A stretch of 64,000 nucleotides of DNA from Raillietiella orientalis (lineage: Eukaryota): assembly GCA_036172245.1 (NCBI GenBank), contig JAYWIR010000001.1, positions 11,098,001-11,162,000 of the forward strand, given 5' to 3'. The stretch's first letter is position 1. Every line of letters begins with the position of its first letter. Under the pieces are notes generated by a model that ran no database searches, was not told the origin of the DNA, and saw nothing but the letters and a program-made list of their open reading frames with translations. Below, in pieces: positions 11,801-25,399 of this stretch. Position numbers and translations under genes: made by a program.

Positions 11801-13049
11801 GCAAACACTTGGGTAGCAGAAACGATAAACGAATATGGGGGGGGAGGGGGGGCACCAGAGATATGCTCCTCAAACAAATACCTGCTTCTTCCGTTTCGCA
11901 TGCGAACTCAGCAGCTCGTAGGTGTTTTCTGGCTTCTTCCTCCTCACGGCCACTTCCTTCTTTCTTTTTTTTTTTCCAAGAACGGTGTATGTAGCACACC
12001 CATTTACCAGGCACCTATATTTTTAAAATATTTATTGTGGGACGTTTATTCTTTTCATTTTAAAATACTCCTGGGAAGAAAAATACCTTAGACAACACAT
12101 AAAATGTTCCTTTCTCATCTCTTCTTGGAGTGATTGCCCCGCCCCTCCCCCCTCCACCCCCAAAAAAGGAAAAACTTTGAAGTAGAGCAAAGATTTACAA
12201 CAACGACAAAAATCTCATAGAAGAGGAGATCTTCTAAAGATTTATCAACCTGACAAAAGCAGGCAGAACTCAATGAATTGAGAACAATTTATATCAGCAC
12301 ACCTATACTACGAAAAGACTGCAAAACGCTCTCAGAAGGCAGCTTGCAAAGTTATTAGATTCAGATGATCAGATAAACAGCAAAACTAAATTTCGAAATC
12401 ATTCCTTATTCACAGAGTAGAAAAATTCGCGGAATAAAAAAAAAAAAAATGTATTAGTTGCAAATATTGTTCAAGGAGCGTGGGCATCGTGCTTGGCTGC
12501 GAAGAAAGCATGGCGGAAAAAACCAACTGCATAAGGCGTTTCTTACAGTCACAGTAGGGCATGTTTTGAAAGATGCGTATCACATGATTTCTGAGAACTT
12601 ATTACAAGTTTCCTGCAGACACCACTGGAGAACCTCTCTTACACGAGGATCGAACTCAATTTGCTTCACCCAGTTTCGTTTTTTTTTTTCTTTTTTCCCT
12701 TTTTTGTACTGCGTTTCTGGTCCAGCATGGGTACCTGAACCCTCATCATGCAAACCACATAGTCTCAACCCCAAACTAAGCTTTCCCGTCTTCCTCGCTT
12801 GCATTTCCATTTTTAAATGAGTGATTTTTTAAAGTGATTTATCGGACTTCTTGTTTACCCTTCCTCCCCGTAAAGAAAGTATTGGCTGAAACAGGATGCT
12901 AAACGCATGAATGATACGAGTTTTTTGACATTTTGGGTTAGGATTCCCTCTTTTGAAAGCTGCGAAGTTGTCCCGAAGAGCATGAAAACAAATGCAGAAT
13001 CGATGAGAAATGGGTGTGTGCATTTGTAACGAATGTTTTCTTGAGCCTT

Positions 13050-13350
13050 CAAACAAATAATTAATTCACCCCGGTCATCTTCAAAGCTCCTTCTGTTCCA
13101 CAGAGCTTCGACTTGGTCCAAACGACATCAGGTGTGGAAACGGGTCTGGAATCTGCACGAACAGGAACATCGCTTGCAAATTCCTTTCATTGCACCACAA
13201 GGCATATCCCACACGCCGCCGAAATAAGGAGAGTCGGGAAGTTGCAACTGAATAGAGGAGAGTCTGGCTGAAGTGATGCGGAACGGTGAAAGTAGGCATT
13301 TCAGTTTTTTCAGGAATGTGAATAAATAAAGAGAAGCAGTGATTCCATGG
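13050..13350 (+). mobile_element. L1/Tx1-like 3' fragment (zf-RVT region), decayed
   Basis: VWKRVWNL and KFLSLHHKAYPTRRR...CG resemble W..IW...FLWxxxHxxLPT...CxxCG. Confidence 0.45.
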
Positions 13351-13817
13351 ACTGCTCATTATGCAAGGAGGCGATCAAACGAAACTCTCGCCAGGCCCTG
13401 AATCCAGGAAGGGGAGAGAGCCCATGGCTTGAGGCGCTCTTCAGCCGTGGCCCTCGATGCTTTTTTGGTATGAAACTCGTCGCGACAAGGCGGTTAATTG
13501 CCTTTCATCTACAACCTCACCTAAATCAAACCCCTCACTTGCGCCGGTGAGATTGGAAAACCGCACCCAAAAAGAAAAAAAAAAAAAGGAAAAACCCTTA
13601 CTTGCTAACAAACAGCGGCTAAATGTGTATACATAATTGTAACCCGCAGCACATTTCTTAAAGGAGCACGAGGTCCTCTGTGACAGAAAAGTCTTCCTCT
13701 GCTACTCTATGTCATACTGCAATTACGCGGATGCTAGGTGTAGCTCAACACGCCCAACACGTCACATTTATTATGTTAAATAGTACTACATCCTTAAATC
13801 GTACTATGAAACGTTTC

Positions 13818-13847
13818 CACACACACACACACACACAGAGAGAGAGA
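13818..13847. repeat. (CA)n(GA)n compound microsatellite
   Basis: Directly visible. Confidence 0.95.
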
Positions 13848-14249
13848 AAGTAGGAAACGTGTGCAACAAGGAAGAAAACTTATCTGAATTGAAAATGAGG
13901 ATTCATGGTCATATAATGGAAAATGCATTGCATAAAAAAAAAAAAAAAAAAAAACGGATCAAAAACAACATTTGGAATATGAAAATCAAAACCTGCTCTT
14001 TTTCGACTGCTCTATGAATGCTATTATCATCGATGTCATTCTACTGCTTGCAAGTTCTCTACATGTTTATTTTCTCAAGATCGATCTTTTAAATGCTTTT
14101 CTATTTACCCTTAATATTTTGTTTTATTAACTTAGGGACACTGTTTTTGAAAACTGTCTCTAGAAAACTTGAGCAGCCGCCGCACAGAGTATAAAAATGC
14201 TCCGTTATTGAGATAATAAGCATTTCATTTGCCGCAGATCCTTTTTTGA

Positions 14250-16717
14250 CGTCTATTGGATCTAAATCGTCCCTGGGATCTGCATTCTTTGGATGGTTCT
14301 GTGGCGGATAAGTGTCTTGCCATTAAAGTTCCAGCATTGAAATCTTGGCGATCATCTTCTCATTTCCATAATAACGACCGATCTTCCTATCTGATTTTCT
14401 TCCTCACAAAAGGGGTCTCCCTTTCGCGGAACTCGACGTGAACCCTGGAACTTGGCTCCCGATGTGCTCCATTCCCCTCGAATCCACTGTTCGTTCAAAT
14501 CAGTTAAAGATACTTCGCTTTCATGCTTCTGATTTCGAAAACCGAGCAATCGTTTCTTTTACGCCTCGAATTCTTTCTGGTAACTTCCAGTTCCCAAAGG
14601 AAGAATCCGTGCATCTGCTTTGATCTTGAGCATCAGCTGTCACGGACATCTCGAGCTAGCTTTTGCTCCCGGTCTCGCCTTGCATTTCATGCTTTTGTTA
14701 GCTACGGCTCCGTTTCCTCCTCCATTTCATGCGAATGGTTTCGTGGATTCCTCGACCTCTCGCAGCCTCCCTGTTGTGGCAAACGAGGTTTCCACCAAAG
14801 TAGAGGTTTTCTTCTGGAAAGGTAAGTCAAGGCATCTTTGTCCCAGCTTCGGTCAAACCCCTTTGTCAGAAGTGAAAGTTACCTCCACGAAATCTTCCCC
14901 AGAAACTCTGTTCCCGGTTTCATTTTCATGCAGGTAGCTGGAGAACCTGCATGGAGGCACTCGTTACGAAGTTAGTCCGGAACGACGAAAAGGCTTAAGG
15001 CTTCTGTTTCTGGAATGAACTCCCGATTGCAACAGATTCATAAACCTGCAATTGACTGGGAAGGACTTGCTAGAAATAAAATTCTGGAAATCTACAAGGA
15101 AAAGGGCAACTGCGCACGAAATAGTTTTGGGGACGCAGGAAGGAAAAACACGCGTTTCAACAGATGGAGGTGGACAAAGCAAGGCTTGTTTTCCAAGAGT
15201 TTTGGGTATTCGAGGCGAACAGGACGTGGAAAATTTCAATCCTGGTCTTCCACAAGGGAAGCCACATCAAGGAACGCCATCCAGAAATCTGAATACCGAA
15301 CAACGGAGAGGATGAAGCAATGATGAAGCGAAGCTGACTTGATTCGGCGTACACTCGAGTCAGGAATCCACAGGCATCAAGTAGAAGAACTTTGGTTGTT
15401 CCGACCGCAACTCAGTCCACCCTCAAGCCGTGATCCTGGGTTCGCCATCTGCGCCAAAACCTTCCCGTGGTCACGCGGGTTGTTTTGCAGGGAAACGAAC
15501 CGACTGTTCTGCGTCATCCAGCAGGAGACCCAGGAGCACCTCGAACGAAGCTGAGAAATGCCATCAGCATCCCTACACAGGCGATTATGTTTCGAGCTCC
15601 CCTTTGAATAACGAAATCACAGCCCACTATGGGCCTTCGGATTCAAGATGGGTCGCACACTCCGAGGAAGCATATGGGAGGACAGCTCTTAGCCTGCGTG
15701 CAATCGCCTCCGAGTTCTTTGCTTTCTTGGGAGAATAATGTGGAGGTCATAAAGTGAAGCAATAATTGACTTCAATTGGTACAGCTTGCTAGGGCGAATA
15801 TGCGGCAAGTTGATGGAAGAACTGCCACTATCACGTACGATCCTTCCAGGACGAGCTGCGACCAGCATCGCAGGACCCTGAAGAGCTTTCCTTCCGGCGG
15901 CAAGAACACACAATCCAAGGTCTGTTTCGGAGCAGAGTGCTCCGTGCCCAATCGACAATTCTGAAAATCTCTGCAAGAATTTGGAAGAACAGAAACGAAC
16001 GAAAGCAGCCTTGTCAGAGATAACAACGGCCGGCAGTCTCCCTAGAAATCGCTGCGTTGAGATTGAAAGCCTTGCAAAACCACTTTCTTCCCAGATTCCG
16101 TCTACACCGCGAGCTCATTGGATAATCCCACTCGTCTCTCTTGGTCGGTGTTGCAGGTAGTCAAGTGTTGTGCATTTGGAAGATTTCTTGTCGGAACGGT
16201 CAGAAGATTTTTGCCCCGGGAGTCCTGGAGGAACTGCGTGGTTCAGACCTCCGAGGTATGCTCGCGTGGAAGGGATGGCTTGGTAAAGACAAGAATCGTC
16301 TGATTCTTGTTGGTGCTGGACCTTCCCACAAATCGGAATCTGTGCGGTGTTCTGGAAATCTCTCCCTTGCAATCGCGTTTCCGTGCAAATGACCTTCGCG
16401 AAAAAGCGCAGGTCGAATCTCAGGAAACAGACGCCCCAGGGTGCAACTTTTACCGTTCTGAAAATGCAATACGAGTTTGCATCTCGTCATCACTGGTCCA
16501 GATTCAAAAGTGGAACTTCCTTCCACTGTGGAGATTTTCAAACAGTAATTTGACCGAGGCTGTAATGGAAGATGGGAAGGGTTTACAGCTGAACTCAGAA
16601 GGCTGGAAGAAAGAGCTTTCTCTGCAATGGGCATTTTATTTCCAACTGTTGAAATAAGAACTGTACTTCAGTATACGAGTACACATCTTGTGGATAAGAA
16701 ATAAATAAATAAATAAA
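14250..16717 (+). mobile_element. Decayed L1/Tx1-like LINE with (TAAA)n tail
   Basis: Degenerate ORF2-like pieces (ILRFHAS...ILSGNF, LSWENNVEVIK, YSLLGRI, FHCGDFQ) ending in a (TAAA)n run at 16699-16717. Confidence 0.55.
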
Positions 16718-16734
16718 GGAACGAAAAAGCAGAA

Positions 16735-17650
16735 TGAGTTACTCAACAAAATTCTCTGATTTTATTGCTTCGACGTTGACTTCGTCGACGCTGCTGCGGT
16801 TGTACCAAGAGCTTGTTGAAACCTGCAGTGCAAGACGTCAAGGTGGGGCTCGGATGCTTAACGCTTTGCCCTGGCATTCCCTTCGCCGATATGAAGTCTT
16901 CCACAGTTTCAGCTGGTGCCGCCGGATGCACGCTGCATGGGGCGATTTTCAACCGAGGATTCTTCCGCGAGTCGGAGACGCGCGCTACTCGCGAAGCGTC
17001 CCTAAGAGCGACCCGCAAGTTCCATCCTCGGCTGCACAGCCCGGGCACAAAGCGCACGCTTGCAGTGCAGCTCGAGTTGGTATCCCTGTTCTCCAGCCAA
17101 GATGTGCGCCAAAGGGTTGCTCCTGATGCCTCTGAGCAAAGTAAGATGCGCATCTCTTAGCTGCGCTAGGGGTAAAGTCGGGAGTTTCTGAAACTTCCGC
17201 GTCAGGTCGTAGCGCGCACGTCTTTTCCAGCAGCTTCGCCGCCGCTTCATCCCAGCACCAATCCCTCTTCAGGAGGTTCTCCATTTTTACAGCTCCGAAG
17301 CTTTCGCGCCACTCCGGCACATGGCTTTCCATACTTTCGCGCCGAATTTGGCCAGGGAATCCTCAAGCACGGACGCAAGAAGTCCGATTGATTTTCGCGT
17401 GCAAAAAAACAAAAAATGCGTTCGGATGCTGCAGGTGTTTTCGCGGGCCTACAGCAGCTCCGACAGCTGACGGCGCCAACGCAGGCTTGGTGCGTGCTGG
17501 ATTCGTTCCCATGGAGTGGTTGCGATTTATATTGTGCCTCGGGACTTCCGGAGTTTGACTGACGCGAACCCGCGGGAGGCATTCGCGGCTTTCAGCGGCA
17601 AGCGGGATGGGAGACCCGCAGAGATTCACGTCTCCTTGCGACTATTTGCG
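16735..17650 (-). mobile_element. Decayed Ty3/Gypsy pol fragment (RT end, connection, RNase H)
   Basis: LLKRDWCWDEAAAKLLEK...PDF (LLKKxxxWxW...AF..LK...PDF), ILLCSEASG (FxLxTDAS), SNKIREFC (NxVADALS) in the expected order. Confidence 0.6.
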
Positions 17651-18399
17651 GGTCAGAGAGGAGCAGGGATGAGCGCGTTCGCCGCTCCCGAGGAATGAGA
17701 TCGGATATTAGCTGAAGCATCTTTTCCTTTTTTTTTTTCAAATGCAAAAGGAGACAAAAAGAGGAAGTGCAAAAGAGGTGGCGCTTCCGTCCTTCTGGGA
17801 GGCTGGTCCTACTCGCGCACGGTTTGTCGTTTCACGCGGCGCTCTCGTCGTGCTTGAGACCCGCGGAACATCCTCAGCCGGAAATCCTTCCTCTCTTGTC
17901 CTTAGTACCCCCGAGGGCTGCTGGGACCCCGATCCACTTCCGTCTTCTGCACGCGCAAGGGCGTGCATTCTAGGGAGTGGAATCCCTAATGATCTCTAAC
18001 CTTTCCTTGCGCGGAAAAATTGGGCTTCTCACGCGTCCCAACTTCCCCTCTTCAAGCGTCGCTCGCTTTTCGCATCGGCTCCCGGGTATCCAGGAAGAGA
18101 CTCCGGAAGAGACCCGGGAGTGCTTTCCAAGAGTAGACAGCGCGCACGCTGGCTGTGCGGAAAACTTGCCCCTGCTTACGAAAGTGGACGCTTGATTCGT
18201 GGGACGTCCCGGCTTCCTGGTTACACTTTCCTTGGAAGCCCCGCAAGCCCCGCGTCCTTCTCCTAGCGTGGAGCTGCCGTGGGAAGATGCGCTGCGGAGC
18301 TCCTCGTCCTCCGCCTCTCTCGCTGCGAAACCTTCGCTCTGGACCTTCCCCCTTCTCCAAGGGGAAAGTCCTATAAAAGATCATCTCCTCGCCTTCTTT

Positions 18400-20104
18400 T
18401 CCCACAAGCGCGTGGAGAGGCGTTCGGGTCCAGGAGCTTGCCGATCCCCTGCAGCCGTAGGCAGGGACGCGCTGTCAGGTGGGTGGTGGGGACCGAGCGT
18501 CGTGGGTTCGAATCCCTCCCAAGGAAGCATCGAAGCCGAGAATTGGGAAGTCGCGTTTCCCCTCCCCCTCCCCGTGGTTAGCCTGGTTCAGCGCTGGTTA
18601 GCCTGAAGGCTTCGGGTGCAGTGGCACCGGCAGAAACCTGATGTCTCCGATGACGGACCGGGATTGGAAGTCGACCCTCCGGAGTCCTTCCAGGACATCC
18701 AGGAGCCCTTCGGGGTTTTTCACCTTCGATTGCGAAGATGGAGCCGTCCTCCCACCCTCGGGGAGGGAGATCTTCCATCGCGTAGCATGGAGCTGGTTGA
18801 TGCCCGCCTCGGACTGGGTGCCTATCCAGAGTGTAGGAAGCGCGCCGTTCTCTTCGAGGCTCTCTCCAGAGGAGAGAACGAGGGGAGCTTCCTTTCTGGA
18901 TTTCCTCCGGAGAATAAACTCCAGGAGCAACCCTCTCCAGAGAGATCCTCCGGAGAGAATAAGGAAGAGGAGGTTCCCTTCGGGATCCTTTAGGAGATAA
19001 CCAGGGAGAGGGTTCCCTTTGGGGTTCCCCTACCAACCGTGAGGGGAAACGGACTCCTCCAAAGCCTTCCTGAATCCAAAGGGTGGTCCCGCCCCAGGGT
19101 GCCCCCTATAACTCGAAGAGTTAACATGCACCCTCGGGCGGGGTGGACTGGGTCAAAGAGATTCGTGATCCACCCCCTAAGTAGGTGAGTGGTTCGTCGG
19201 CACTTGGCGAACCAGAAAGAAGAAAAAAGTTGGAAGGAAAGCAGCGAAAGCTGAAGAGGTTCAAAGGATTTCCACCATCCTAGGACGCTGCGACCCTTAG
19301 TCCTGAAGTTCCATGGACTTCTACGCTGGGGCGAGCTGCTCGACATGCCTTCGGAGGAGGTGAATTGGCCCCCAGCGTCTTGGGACAACGGCACCCTCCC
19401 CCTGCAGTGGCAGGAGACGGCGTTGCTTCTGCTCCATTGGGGACTTTTAAGCAGAGCACGCCTATCTCACTGGACATCGGGGAGTGGGGATGCCAATTTC
19501 ACAGAATGCGGGGAAAGAGAGACCTTCCCCCACTTAATCATCGAGTGTGTTACCCTCCGTCATATGTGGGATGGACTCGCGTCGATTCTGAACATTCCGG
19601 TGGGCGACCCCAAGAACATTTTTCGACGCCTCCTGATGCGGGACGCCATGCCAGCCTCCGGGTGTGTAGCAGTGCCCTGTTGCATACGTGGAATCCTGGA
19701 TAAGTGGACCGCGTCAAGGAGACCGCACCAGTCGGAATGCCATCCACTGGGCAGCCATCTCTTTGGAGAAGGCTTCCCGTTGGCGCCGACTTGAAAAACA
19801 TTTACCGGCACTTGTTCGCATCCGAAACCGGATGCAGAGGCCTCCTCGTGGCGTACCGTGATCCCCTCCCTTTCCTTCCCTCCCAAAAAACATTGTTCCC
19901 CCAGGCGTTTTTCTTTTTTTTGTTTTATTTTTGTTTTTCCCGCCTCTGCGCCAGTGTGGAGGACCTTATCGACCTGAGGGTAGGTGAGGGCAAGTGCCCC
20001 AAGACAGTCACAACTTTTGTGCTGACTGAAAAAGGAAAAATATGTTGGCAAAAAAGACTTTATTATGGAATTTTTTCTTGATGTAAAAAATTTTAATAAT
20101 AAAA
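18400..20104 (+). mobile_element. 5'-truncated L1/Tx1-like LINE: RT C-terminus, zf-RVT, 3'UTR
   Basis: HRVAWSWLMP (RVAWxxLC); LLLHWGLLSRARL...ECGERETFPHLIIECVTLRHMW (zf-RVT, 19345-19794); pyrimidine-rich UTR ending in AATAATAAAA at ~20095-20104. Confidence 0.75.
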
Positions 20105-20129
20105 TCCCCGGCTCACCCGGGTGAAAAAC

Positions 20130-20520
20130 CCTCCCTCCTGTCCTCTCCTTGGAGGCAGCCGCGGCTTCGCAAGTTCCAATCCCGTCCGGGAAAGCATCGA
20201 CTTCGAGGAACGGGAGGGGGAGGATTTGAGTCGTGGGTGGGTGCGTCGTCGTCATCCCCTCAGGGCGCGCTTTCCCTCGTTCGACCACGATTGATACGTA
20301 GTGGATTCTCGACCCGTACGCGCCAGAGAAGGAGCTTGAGGGCGACGCGGCGTGGCCGAAGGTGGATCGGCGGCTCCGCGCGGAGCCACCGGAAGGACGT
20401 GCCTCTTCTGCTCGCTCCAAAAAGCGTCTGCGCCTTATGACGATCCCGAGTGGACTGAAAGTGGCTCCTTCACCCTGAGCAAGGACATACCGCGTCGAGA
20501 GCGGCCAGGAAGTCACCCGT
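20130..20520 (-). mobile_element. Decayed Gypsy RT/RNase H fragment
   Basis: ATFSPLGIVI (VTFLGHVI) followed by LPFLEVDAFPDGIGT (PFxLEVDASxxGIGA). Confidence 0.55.
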
Positions 20521-21429
20521 CTCGGATCGGGGGAGGTAGGGGGGGGGGGCAGGAATCTGCGAAGGCGACTGGACGTGCCTCCCTCATCCGAGAGAGGCTT
20601 CCTCTTATCGTCCTTTCTCCCGCTGGATCATTTGACTGGACCCCCCACACCAGGGGGACCCCTCCGGTTTCTCCACTGGGAGCCTCTCTCATCCCGAAAG
20701 GGATGAGAGAGAGTGGACGTAGCAGATGCCGTCCACGTCATCCTTAAATGACCGCACGCGCCATTCCCCCCTCTCGACTGTCTCTCCGGAGAGATTCCGG
20801 AGCCTTCTTTCCAGTCCCCATCGAACCCACGTCTCTTCTGTTATCGGTGGAGGAAAGAAGTAGAACAGATTCTTCTGCAGCGCGGCCCCGGCGGGGATCG
20901 GAGGAGGTCAGGGCGACGAGGCTTGAACATGAAACCATGCCCACAGTCCCTGAGCAGAGTCCGTAACGGGTGGATCGGTCTTCAGGGCAGCCCCTGCGGG
21001 AACTCTGAGATCCTGGGATTCCTTCCCCCCCCCCCTTCGCTACCAGAGCGCCGCCTCCTTGCCGTCGAGGCGCTGGGTCCTCCTTCTAAGCGAGCTGAGA
21101 CTGCCGCGTCCCGGTGGGGAGGGTCGCGAGCCGCAGATACGCCGGACGGATGCGCGCATGGCAGGAGGCACTGCAACTCCCCGGTGGCACCCCACAGGAC
21201 CCGTTCGAACAGGCGCTACCCCCCACCCCCACCCCCGAATTTGCCCTTTGCGTCCTCCCATGGGACCTTCGCCATGTGCAGGTAATCGCGGTTTCCAGGG
21301 AGGAAGAAGGGGCTGGTGCGTCTAGAATGTTCTTGAGCTGAACTGTGGGAAGCTGGCCGGCGTCCCAGGCAGTCTCTCTGGAGGGAGATTTCTCGACGGG
21401 GGGTTGATGGGACGGCGGGCAGGGAAGGG

Positions 21430-21780
21430 CTGCGTGCGTTCTCCGCGGGATCAGGTTGGTGGCTTGCCCACCGCCTACCCCGACGGTCCCTCCCGCGTCG
21501 CATCCCGGATCGGTCCGCACCGTCCCCCTTCCTCGCGTGCAAGAGCGACGGCTGGGCAGCCTCGCTCGAGCGCGGTGGAGGATCGCCGGTGCCTGGCAAC
21601 CCTGCACAGCGTCTCGGAATCTGAGGACGCCTCCGGGTCGCGGGGGCGGCACCAGGAACGGAAGTGCTCCGATCCCGTCCGCGGCCGAGGAGCGCGCGAG
21701 CAGCAGGGTTGCTAGCACCCGCAGTGGAACCGTCGCTCCTTCCCCGCGGGGGCGTCGTGATCAGGTGGCGCGCCTCGTGA
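21430..21780 (-). repeat. Copy A of an interspersed repeat (also at ~54790-55330 and ~36000-36520), probably Gypsy RNase H-derived
   Basis: Long near-identical stretches with 54800-55135, e.g. CTCGCTCGAGCGCGGTGGAGGATCGCCGGTGCCTGGCAACCCTG; translation VLRF...HRARARLP resembles LxxF...ADALSRLP. Confidence 0.85.
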
Positions 21781-22636
21781 CGAATCGCGTCCGTTCCCAG
21801 GAGACTGGTCCGTCCATTCTATCGGACCCACCTCCCTACCTCTGTTCCCAGTGAGGCTTGGGCCTAGCACACTTCCGATTCCTTCCTAGCCACACAAACA
21901 GCCGGCGCTGCGATCCGGGACGAGAAGGCACCAGGATGAAGCCCGATCGAAGGAAATTCCCCGAATGGGGCTGCACCGACGGTGGCGGAGTAGGGGGCGC
22001 CTCGTGAAGAGGTCTGGTCGTGAAGAGGCACGACCAGAACCTCTCTACGGCGCCGGATGAATTGAGACGGAAGAGCTGCGAACTCGGAGATAAGTTCGAG
22101 CTCGGGCCAGTCTCCTGAATCCCGAATGGATCAGTTCTCTCGATGACGGAGCGGGGGGGGAAGAGGTGCGTATCATCCGACGCATTTGGACGGCGCTTCC
22201 CCTTTTCGGTGATGCTCTCTCTCGTCCTGGAAGAGAACCGGTTGAATGGTCCAGCGTGGGATGAGGAGGGGTAAGAAGATGGCTCGCCTGCTTCAGAGCG
22301 GAGGAGAGGACCCGCGCTGGAACGGGAGAGCCACAAGACGGAATTTTCCGGCGCGCTCTGTGGGGAGGAAGTGCGGCGGCGGTTTGTCTGGCGCGCGAAC
22401 TCCCGGAGCAAAGCTGGCGCAAGCGCCTGCGGAGAGGGCCGGGGAGGGGGGAGACACCCACCACCCACAAGGATTCCGCCGAAGAAGCAACCGTCCCGGA
22501 AGGTCGGTTCCCTCTTGGGAGAAAGCGGGGCTGCCTGCAGTCAGCCCTTCCCCGAGTTTCTATTTAAAGACCCGCAGCGCCTTTCCCGACGCGTTGGAGA
22601 AAAGGCGGGGCAGCCAAGGTCGGTGAGTCGCACTGC

Positions 22637-22686
22637 TTCAGATATTTTTATGTTACATAATAATATTAAAATCATGTAAATTTATG

Positions 22687-22721
<35 letters not shown>

Positions 22722-22819
22722 TTAAATAGTTAATATTTAAAATTATAAATACATATTTTAATTATAAATACATATTATTTAATACATATTTATTCAAATT
22801 ATTTTAGAATAAATTAAAT
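22637..22819. repeat. Very AT-rich insert with (TA)n core, flanked by GCACTGC direct repeats
   Basis: Nearly pure A/T for ~180 nt; GCACTGC at 22630-22636 and 22820-22826. Confidence 0.85.
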
Positions 22820-23129
22820 GCACTGCAAGCGCCTCCGACTGCGGAAACGGCGGGCGCTGCCGGCGAGCAGCAGGAGGAGACGTTGGAGGCGAGGAGATTC
22901 CACACACTGCCTTGAAAGAACGGCGATTCCATGGCGCTGATCTCGTCAACCCTTTGAGAATGCTGGCTGTTGCCGTGACTCGTTCTGCGCCCCAGAGGAT
23001 GGAATGGCTGGTGGAGTGAATAGAGTGCAAGATAAAACAAAAGGGGGGAGAGCCGGGAAAGGGAGGGGGGAAGAAGGGAAAATAAAAGCAACTGCTTCTT
23101 TTTCTCCGAAGAGAGCGGAAGGAAATGAT

Positions 23130-24100
23130 CGCAGCTGCAAAATAACGACGCCTCTTACTCGAGCGAAAGTCGAGTTACCAAGGGAACACCACCCCGTGCT
23201 CGTTTTCACGTCACTTGACTTCAGTGCCCTAAGTAACTCTTGATGCGATCGGAAGAGGCTTGGATCTTCTGGAGTCCTCGAAAACGCGCGCTGTAGCCGG
23301 GGGTGAGGCGGCCTCCACACATGGTCTTGTTAGCCTGCAGCCCTCTCCACGAAAGAGATGAACCGCGGTACTCCGGTCGCCGTTCGGCGGAGGAAAGTTG
23401 AACGCGAGCTCGGGGTGCCACGAATTCGTCTCCTGGTCCACCCACGCTGGAGGCTTGGCTTCCGCATCCTGAAGGCGCGTCTACGGAGGATCAGTCCTTT
23501 GAAGAGTCTTCCTCCGAATCTGAAGAGATTGACTTACTCCCTGCTTAGCTGCCCCCGGAGGGCATCCCCAGAGAGGTGCTGAAGCTCTTCGTGTGAAGGG
23601 CAATGTCGCAGCGATCGGCAGCTCTCCGTTGCCGGAGCGTCGCGGAGCGCGGCCGGAGGAGCACAGTGCGACGGGAAGGTCATCGCGACGATGACCTCCT
23701 CCTTGTCCCAGGTCTCCTGAACAGGATGCAGAGGATCTCAGGGGAATACCAGTGACCCTTCTTCCCTGAGGCAGACCTCGCTGGTAAGTCCATTGGCTTC
23801 CCTCTACCTCGTGCAGAACTCTTCAGGCTCTGGTAGGACCTAGTGTCCTCGACGGTGTCCTTTTCTCTATTTGTTTCTGGTCGTTTATTGCTGAAGGTTG
23901 CGATAAACGCCCCCCAGAGTGAACTGGTGCCGCAGGACTCCGAACAGCGCACGGCTCATCCTTTGTTTCAAATTGCTTCCAGATCCTCTGGTGCACCTCT
24001 CGGAATGAGGAAGAAGAGAGAAAGCAAGTCGAGAGCCATCTGGAGTTTCCTTCTTTCTTCTTCTTGTTCTTCAGCAGTAGCAGCTGATCTTTCTCGTCTC
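23130..24100 (-). mobile_element. Decayed RTE-clade LINE RT fragments
   Basis: Across frames: NGLTSEV...EILCILF...WDKEEV (PDGxxxE...L..LF..IW..EEVP), DALRG...LFRFGGRLFK (DAF...IRYRxDGRLFN), NSTFARVR (AFGRLR). Confidence 0.55.
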
Positions 24101-25399
24101 CTTCAGAGGCGCCAGCTGGTCTCTCTCGCCTCACGAAGGGGTGCGAGGTCACCCCCGTGGCAAGAGGGAAAAGGTTCCTTCCCCTCCCCTACCCCCTTCC
24201 GTATTCTGGGGAGGGTTCCATCATCTGCTTCCGTTCCTACAACCCTTCCGTGGCGGGATTTGCAGGAGTGCAGAGTCGGGAAGAGACGGATGGGAGATGC
24301 CACTGGGTTTCATCCGCTCCCGGCAAGCGGTTCCTGGAAAACCATCGATCCTGCGTCTGCCAAAGGGTTCCAGGAAGAATACTCGAACGGATCTTCCCTT
24401 CCCCCCCCCCCCCCAATTTCCCTCCGGTGGTGATTTCGAGACTCCCTCGAGCAGGATTGCTTCTTCGTGCCTCGTCTTCTGAACCTGTGGTGGCGGTCCA
24501 GCTCGTGGAGACGGTACGTTCCCCGTTTTTCGCAGCGATGGGACCCTATCCTGGCTTCCGTCAGTGCCTTCCGCTTCCTCTCCCAACTCGCCATACTGCG
24601 CGAGTCCTCCGGCACCCCGAACCGCCACCACCCCAAGAGCCAGCCCCCTTCGTGGACCACGTGCTCTCCTTCTTCCTGCTGGACGGGAAAAGCGTGGCTT
24701 CCGCAACCACCAGATCTCGGAGGAAGATGGGAGACCCTACGAGAAGACGGAGCAGGGATGATCTGCTCTTTCGGTTTCCAGGTCCTCAGGTCGCCTTCAA
24801 CCCCCCAAAGCGCCTTTTTTTCCCTCGGGAGCTCCGCCGGCGCAGTCCTCTGGGAGAACCCCAGCTACGTCTTCCCAACTCGGCAGTTCCGAGGGAAAGG
24901 AGCGAAGGAAACGAAGGGGAACCGGTCTCCAACGCGGCGCCCTAGCCTTCCCCTTCAGCGCCGCCCGCAGCTCAGGCGGGAATCCTCACTGGAGGCTACG
25001 TTGTCCGCGCCGGGGAGAAGACTGCCAAGGAGGAACGCCGATCCGACTTGTCCTACCCAATCGACCCCACCGTCGAGGTTTTTCAGGATCGAAAAAAAAA
25101 AAAAAAGAGGAGAAAGGAAGGAAACGATCACTGGCAGAAGGGGAAAAAGAAAAAAATCACCATGGTAATTCCAGGTCGCGCCCAGAGCGCCGCAGGCTTT
25201 CCAGAGCGCGCGCCCACATGCGCTTCGACCAGACGCGAGGGGAAGACGAAGAACGAGGAGGGATTTCATATCCGGCCATCCTCGGGAGATGGGAACTCCC
25301 AAGCTCGCCATCAGCTTCAGGTAGCCGCCACGATCTCCGCCCCTCCCCCCTCCCTCCTCCTAGAGGCATGCAAATGGGGTCATCAGTTCGGGTCCCTTT

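Noticed and set aside
18440..18525. GGTTCGAATCC B-box suggesting a tRNA or SINE
   Set aside because: No A-box, anticodon arm or acceptor stem could be folded.
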